This document shows positions 57,241 through 64,000 of a DNA stretch of 64,000 bases, one piece after another. Position 1 is the stretch's first letter. Each line of letters starts with the position of its first letter. Origin of the DNA: Eledone cirrhosa (Eukaryota); the NCBI GenBank assembly GCA_964016885.1, contig OZ024744.1, positions 115,940,001 through 116,004,000 on the forward strand, given 5' to 3'. The position numbers were made by a program, and so were the translations under genes. The notes under the pieces were generated by a model. That model was not told the origin of the DNA, did no database searches, and saw only the letters and a program-made list of their open reading frames with translations.

Positions 57241-60200
57241 TCATATCTTGTCTCTCTCTCTATATATATAATGTCTCTAATATCTTGTCTCTCTCTTATA
57301 TATATAATGTCTCTCATATCTTGTCTTTCTCTCTATATATATAATGTCTCTCATATCTTATCTCTGTCTCTCTATATATATAAAATGCCTCTCATATCTT
57401 GTCTCTCTCTCTCTATATATATATAATGTCTCTCATATCTTGTCTCTCTGTCTATATATATAATGTCTCTCATATCTTGTCTCTCTCTCTATATATATAT
57501 GTAATGTCTCTCATATCTTGTCTCTCGCTCTATATATACAATGTCTCACATATCTTGTCTCTCTCTCTATATATATATAATGTCTCTCATATCTTGTCTC
57601 TCTCTATATATAATGTCTCTCATATCTTGTCGCTCTCTCTCTATATATATAATGTCTCTCATATCTTGTCTCTCTCTCTCTATATATAATGTCTCTCATA
57701 TCTTGTCTCTCTCTCTCTATATATATAATGTCTCTCATATCTTGTCTCTCTCTATATATATATAATGTCTCTCATATCTTGTCACTCTCTCTCTATATAT
57801 ATAATGTCCCTCATATCTTGTCTCTCTCTCTCTATATATATATAATGTCTCTCATATCTTGTCTCTCTCTCTATATATACAATGTCTCTCATATCTTGTC
57901 TCTCTCTCTATATATATATAATGTCTCTCATATCTTGTCTCTCTCTCTCTATATATATAATGTCTCTCATATCTTGTCTCTCTCTCTATATATATAATGT
58001 CTCTCATATCTTATCTCTCTCTTTATATATATATAAAGTCTCTCATATCTTGTCTCTCTCTCTATATATAATGTCTCTCATATCTTGTCTCTCTCTCTCT
58101 CTATATATATATAATGTCTCTCATATCTTGTCTCTCTCTCTATATATATAATGTCTCTCATATCTTGTCTCTCTCTATATATATATAATGTCTCTCATAT
58201 CTTGTCGCTCTCTATATATATAATGTCTCTCATATCTTGTCTCTCTCTATATATATATATAATGTCTCTCATATCTCGTCTCTCTCTCTATATATATATA
58301 TAATGTCTCTCATATCTTGTCTCTCTCTCTCTATATATATATAATGTCTCTCATAGCCTGTCTCTCTCTCTCTATATATATAATGTCTCTCATATCTTGT
58401 CTCTCTCTCTCTATATATAATGTCTCTCATAACTTGTCTCTCTGTCTCTCTCTATATATAATGTCTCTCATAACTTGTCTCTCTCCTTATATATATAATG
58501 TCTCTCATATCTTGTCTCTCTCTCTATATATATAATGTCTCTCATATCTTGTCTCTCTCTCTCGATATATAATGTCTATCATATCTTGTCTCTCTCTCTC
58601 TATATATATAATGTCTCTCATATCTTGTCTCTCTCTATATATAATGTCTCTCATATCTTGGCTCTCTCTATATATATATAATGTCTCTCATCTTGTCTCT
58701 CTCTATATATATAATGTCTCTCATATCTTGTCTCTCTCTCTATATATATAATGTCTCTCATATCTTGTCTCTCTGTCTCTCTCTATATATAATGTCTCTC
58801 ATATCTTGTCTCTCTCTCTCTCTCTATATATATATAAAGTCTCTCATATCTTGTCTCTCTCTCTCTCTATATATATAATGTCTCTCATATCTTGTCCCTC
58901 TCTCTCTATAAATAATGTTTCTCATATCTTGTCCCTCTCTCTCTATATATATATAATGTCTCTCATATCATGTCTCTCTCTATATATATATAATGTCTCT
59001 CATATCTTGTCTCTCTCTCTATATATATATATAATGTCTCTCATATCTAGTCTCTCTCTCTATATATATAATGTCTCTCATATCTTTTCTCTCTCTCTCT
59101 ATATATATAAAATGCCTCTCATATCTTGTCTCTCTCTCTCTATATATATATAGTGTCTCTCATATCTTGTCTCTCTGTCTATATATATAATGTCTCTCAT
59201 ATCTTGTCTCTCTCTCTCTATATATATATAATGTCTCTCATATCTTGTCTCTCTCTCTATATATATATAATGTCTCTCATATCTTGTCTCACTCTCTATA
59301 TATATATAATGTCTCTCATATCTTGTCTCTCTCTCTATATATATATATAATGTCTCTCATATCTTGTCTCTCTCTCTCTATATATAATGTCTCTCATATC
59401 TTGTCTCTCTCTCTATATATATATATTATGTCTATCATATCTTGTCTCTCTCTATATATATAATGTCTCTCATATCTTGTCTCTCTCTCTCTCTATATAT
59501 ATAATGTCTCTCATATCTTGTCTCTCTCTATATATATACAATGTCTCTCATATCTTGTCTCTCTATATATATAATGTCTCTCATATCTTGTCTCTCTCTA
59601 TATATATAATGTCTCTCATATCTTGTCGCTCTCTCTCTATATATATAATGTCTCTCATATCTTGTCTCTCTCTATATATATAATGTCTCTCATATCTTGT
59701 CACTCTCTCTCTATATATATAATGTCTCTCATATCTTGTCTCTCTCTCTCTCTATATATATAATGTCTCTCATATCTTGTCTCTCTCTCTATATATACAA
59801 TGTCTCTCATATCTTGTCTCTTTCTCTATATATATATAATGTCTCTCATATCTTGTCTCTCTCTCTATATATATAATGTCTCTCATATCTTGTCTCTCTC
59901 TCTATATATATAATGTCTCTCATATCTTATCTCTCTCTCTATATATATATAAAGTCTCTCATATCTTGTCTCTCTCTCTATATATAATGTCTCTCATATC
60001 TTGTGTCTCTCTCTCTCTCTATATATATAATGTCTCTCATATCTTGTCTCTCTCTCTATATATATATAATGTCTCTCATATCTTGTCTCTCTCTCTATAT
60101 ATACAATGTCTCTCATATCTTGTCTCTCTCTCTATATATACAATGTCTCTCATATCTTGTCTCTCTCTCTATATATATATAATGTCTCTCATATCTTGTC

Positions 60201-63200
60201 TCTCTCTCTATATATATAATGTCTCTCTTATCTTGTTGCTCTCTCTATATATGTATAATGTCTCTCATATCTTGTCTCTCTCTCTATATATACAATGTCT
60301 CTCATATCTTGTCACTCTCTCTCTTTATATACAATGTCTCTCATATCTTGTCTCTCTCTCTCTCTCTCTATATATATAATGACTCACATATCTTGTCTCT
60401 CTCTCTATATATATATGTAATGTCTCTCATATCTTGTCTCTCTCTCTCTCTATAATAATGTCTCTCATATCTTGTCCCTCTCTCTCTATATATAATGTCT
60501 CTCATATCTTGTCTCTCTCTATATATATATAACGTCTCTCATATCTTGTCTCTCTCTCTCTCTATATAAATAATGTCTCTCATATCTTGTCCCACTCTCT
60601 CTATATATATAATGTCTCTCATATCTTGTCTCTCTCTCTCTATATATAATGTCTCTCATATCTTGTCCTTCTCTCTCTATATATAATGTCTCTCATATCT
60701 TGTCTCTCTCTCTATATATATAATGTCTCTCATATCTTGTCTCTCTCTCTCTATATATATAATGTCTCTCATATCTTGTCTCTCTCTCTCTATATATATA
60801 ATGTCTCTCATATCTTGTATCTCTCTCTCTATATATATATATATAATGTCTCTCATATCTTGTCTCTCTCTCTCTATATATATAATGTCTCTCATATTTT
60901 GTCGCCCTCTCTCTATATATATAATGTCACTCATATCTTGTCGCTAGCTCTCTCTATATATAATGTCTCTCATATCTTGTCTCTCTCTCTATATATTTAT
61001 AATGTCTCTCATATCTTGTCTCTCTCTGTCTATATATATATAATGTCTCTCATATCTTGTCTCTCTCTCTCTATTTATATATAATGCCTCTCATATCTTG
61101 TCTCTCTCTCTATATATATAATGTCTCTCATATCTTGTCTCTCTCTATATATATAATGTCTCTCATATCTTGTCACTCTCTCTCTATTTATATAATGTCT
61201 CTCACATCTTGTCTCTCTCTCTATATATAATGTCTCTCATATCTTGTCTCTCTCTCTATATATATAATGTCTCTCATATCTTATCTCTCTCTCTCTATAT
61301 ATATAAAGTCTCTCATATCTTGTCTCTCTCTCTATATATAATGTCTCTCATATCTTGTGTCTCTCTCTCTCTCTATATATATAATGTCTCTCATATCTTG
61401 TCTCTCTCTCTATATATATAATGTCTCTCATATCTTGTCTCTCTCTCTATATATATATAATGTCTCTCATATCTTGTCTCTCTCTCTATATATATATAAT
61501 GTCTCTCATATCTTGTATCTCTCTCTATATATATAATGTCTCTCATATCTTGTCTCTCTCTATATATATATAATGTCTCTCATATCTTGTCTCTCTCTAT
61601 ATATATAATGTCTCTCATATCTTGTCTCTCTCTCTATATATATAATGTCTCTTATATCTTGTCTCTCTCTCTCTATATATATAATGTCTCTCATATCTTG
61701 TCTCTCTGTCTCTCTCTATATATAATGTCTCTCATATCTTGTCTCTCTCTCTCTATATATATAAAGTCTCTCATATCTTGTCTCTCTCTCTATATACAAT
61801 GTCTCTCATATCTTGTCTCTCTCTCTCTATATATATATAATGTCTCTCATATCTTGTCTCTCTCTCTATTTATATATAATGTCTCTCATATCTTGTCTCT
61901 CTCTCTATATATATAATGTCTCTCACATCTTATCTCTCTCTCTATATATATATATAATGTCTCTCATATCTTGTCTCTGTCTCTCTATATATATATAATG
62001 TCTCTCATATCTTGTCTCTCTCTCTCTCTATATATATGTAATGTCTCTCATATCTTGTCTCTCTCTCTATATATATAATGTCTCTCATATCTTGTCTCTC
62101 TCTCTATATGTATATAATGTCTCTCATATCTTGTCTCTCTCTCTCTATATATATAATGTCTCTCATATCTTGTCTCTCTCTCTATATATATATAATGTCT
62201 CTCATATCTTGTCTCTCTCTCTCTCTATATATAATGTCTCTCATATCTTATCTCTCTCTCTATATATATAATGTCTCTCATATCTTGTCTCTCTCTCTCT
62301 ATATATATATAATGTCTCTCATATCTTGTCTCTCTCTCTATATGTATATAATGTCTCTCATATCTTGTCCCTCTCTCTCTATATATATAATGTCTCTCAT
62401 ATCTTGTCTCTCTCCCTCTCTCTCTATATAATGTCTCTCATATCTTGTCTCTCTCTCTATATATATATATAATGTCTCTCATATCTTGTCTCTCTCTCTA
62501 TATATATAATGTCTCTCATATCTTGTCTCTCACTCTATATACATATAATGTCTCTCATATCTTGTCTCTCTCTCTATATATATAATGTCTCTCATATCTT
62601 GTCTCTCTCTCTCTATATATATATATAATGTCTCTCATATCTTGTCTCTCTCTCTATATATATATAATGTCTCTCATATCTTGTCCCTCTCTCTCTATAA
62701 ATAATGTTTCTCATATCTTGTCCCTCTCTCTCTATATATATATAATGTCTCTCATATCTTGTCTCTCTCTCTATATATATAATGTCTCTAATATCTTGTC
62801 TCTCTCTTATATATATAATGTCTCTCATATCTTGTCTTTCTCTCTATATATATAATGTCTCTCATATCTTATCTCTGTCTCTCTATATATATAAAATGCC
62901 TCTCATATCTTGTCTCTCTCTCTCTATATATATATAATGTCTCTCATATCTTGTCTCTCTGTCTATATATATAATGTCTCTCATATCTTGTCTCTCTCTC
63001 TATATATATATGTAATGTCTCTCATATCTTGTCTCTCGCTCTATATATACAATGTCTCACATATCTTGTCTCTCTCTCTATATATATATAATGTCTCTCA
63101 TATCTTGTCTCTCTCTATATATAATGTCTCTCATATCTTGTCGCTCTCTCTCTATATATATAATGTCTCTCATATCTTGTCTCTCTCTCTCTATATATAA

Positions 63201-64000
63201 TGTCTCTCATATCTTGTCTCTCTCTCTCTATATATATAATGTCTCTCATATCTTGTCTCTCTCTATATATATATAATGTCTCTCATATCTTGTCACTCTC
63301 TCTCTATATATATAATGTCCCTCATATCTTGTCTCTCTCTCTCTATATATATATAATGTCTCTCATATCTTGTCTCTCTCTCTATATATACAATGTCTCT
63401 CATATCTTGTCTCTCTCTCTATATATATATAATGTCTCTCATATCTTGTCTCTCTCTCTCTATATATATAATGTCTCTCATATCTTGTCTCTCTCTCTAT
63501 ATATATAATGTCTCTCATATCTTATCTCTCTCTTTATATATATATAAAGTCTCTCATATCTTGTCTCTCTCTCTATATATAATGTCTCTCATATCTTGTC
63601 TCTCTCTCTCTCTATATATATATAATGTCTCTCATATCTTGTCTCTCTCTCTATATATATAATGTCTCTCATATCTTGTCTCTCTCTATATATATATAAT
63701 GTCTCTCATATCTTGTCGCTCTCTATATATATAATGTCTCTCATATCTTGTCTCTCTCTATATATATATATAATGTCTCTCATATCTCGTCTCTCTCTCT
63801 ATATATATATATAATGTCTCTCATATCTTGTCTCTCTCTCTCTATATATATATAATGTCTCTCATAGCCTGTCTCTCTCTCTCTATATATATAATGTCTC
63901 TCATATCTTGTCTCTCTCTCTCTATATATAATGTCTCTCATAACTTGTCTCTCTGTCTCTCTCTATATATAATGTCTCTCATAACTTGTCTCTCTCCTTA
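55718..64000. repeat. Duplication at period 5511 bp; second copy (from 61229) cut by the window end
   Basis: Offsets 56025/61536, 57102/62613 and 57882/63393; shared variants tctctaatatc and ctctttatata. Confidence 0.85.

Larger units (their letters stand above)
39898..64000. repeat. Satellite array segment 5, open at window end
   Basis: Same monomer and orientation to the last base. Confidence 0.98.

Noticed and set aside
1-64000. Hundreds of ORFs of the MSLISCLSLYIY, NVSHILSLSL and RETRYERHY types
   Set aside because: They are direct translations of the satellite. Frames change with dinucleotide counts, and there is no complexity or frame conservation.
1-64000. CRISPR-like array (constant repeat plus variable spacer)
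   Set aside because: The variable parts are only (TC)n(TA)m with no unique spacers, there are no cas genes, and the context is eukaryotic (LINE).
1-64000. Promoter-like motifs in every monomer (GAGA tract, TATATAA, Inr-like TCATATC, TGTCTC auxin-response or Smad-like sites)
   Set aside because: These are expected from the low-complexity composition. TATA-to-Inr spacing is not the canonical 25-30 bp, and there is no evidence of function.
1-64000. Telomerase-type telomeric repeat
   Set aside because: The monomer is long, length-variable and lacks G runs, and kb-scale duplications indicate recombination-based amplification.

Overview
Eukaryotic (most likely animal) satellite DNA, with no host gene. 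About 94% of the window is a single-orientation tandem array of a ~35-43 bp monomer, AATGTCTCTCATATCTTG(TC)n(TA)mT, mostly 37/39/41 bp and roughly 1,550-1,600 copies by length estimate. The array is interrupted four times by the same ~922 bp 5'-truncated CR1-type LINE fragment on the minus strand (8788-9709, 11962-12883, 15571-16492, 38976-39897). All four copies have identical junctions and flanks, so they derive from one insertion later copied with the satellite. The array is built from nested kb-scale duplications (periods 3609, 3880/3917, 3877/3918, 2498 and 5511 bp) and a looser ~23-27 kb super-repeat. The most unusual details are a doubled LINE 3' end whose two copies differ by strand-biased transitions, length-neutral shifts of the TC/TA boundary, and an internal dimer structure of the monomer. 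I see no evidence for a new coding system. The hundreds of MSLISCLSLYIY-type ORFs are repeat artefacts. All comparisons were made by eye or from ORF-track offsets, so duplication boundaries are accurate to about one monomer.
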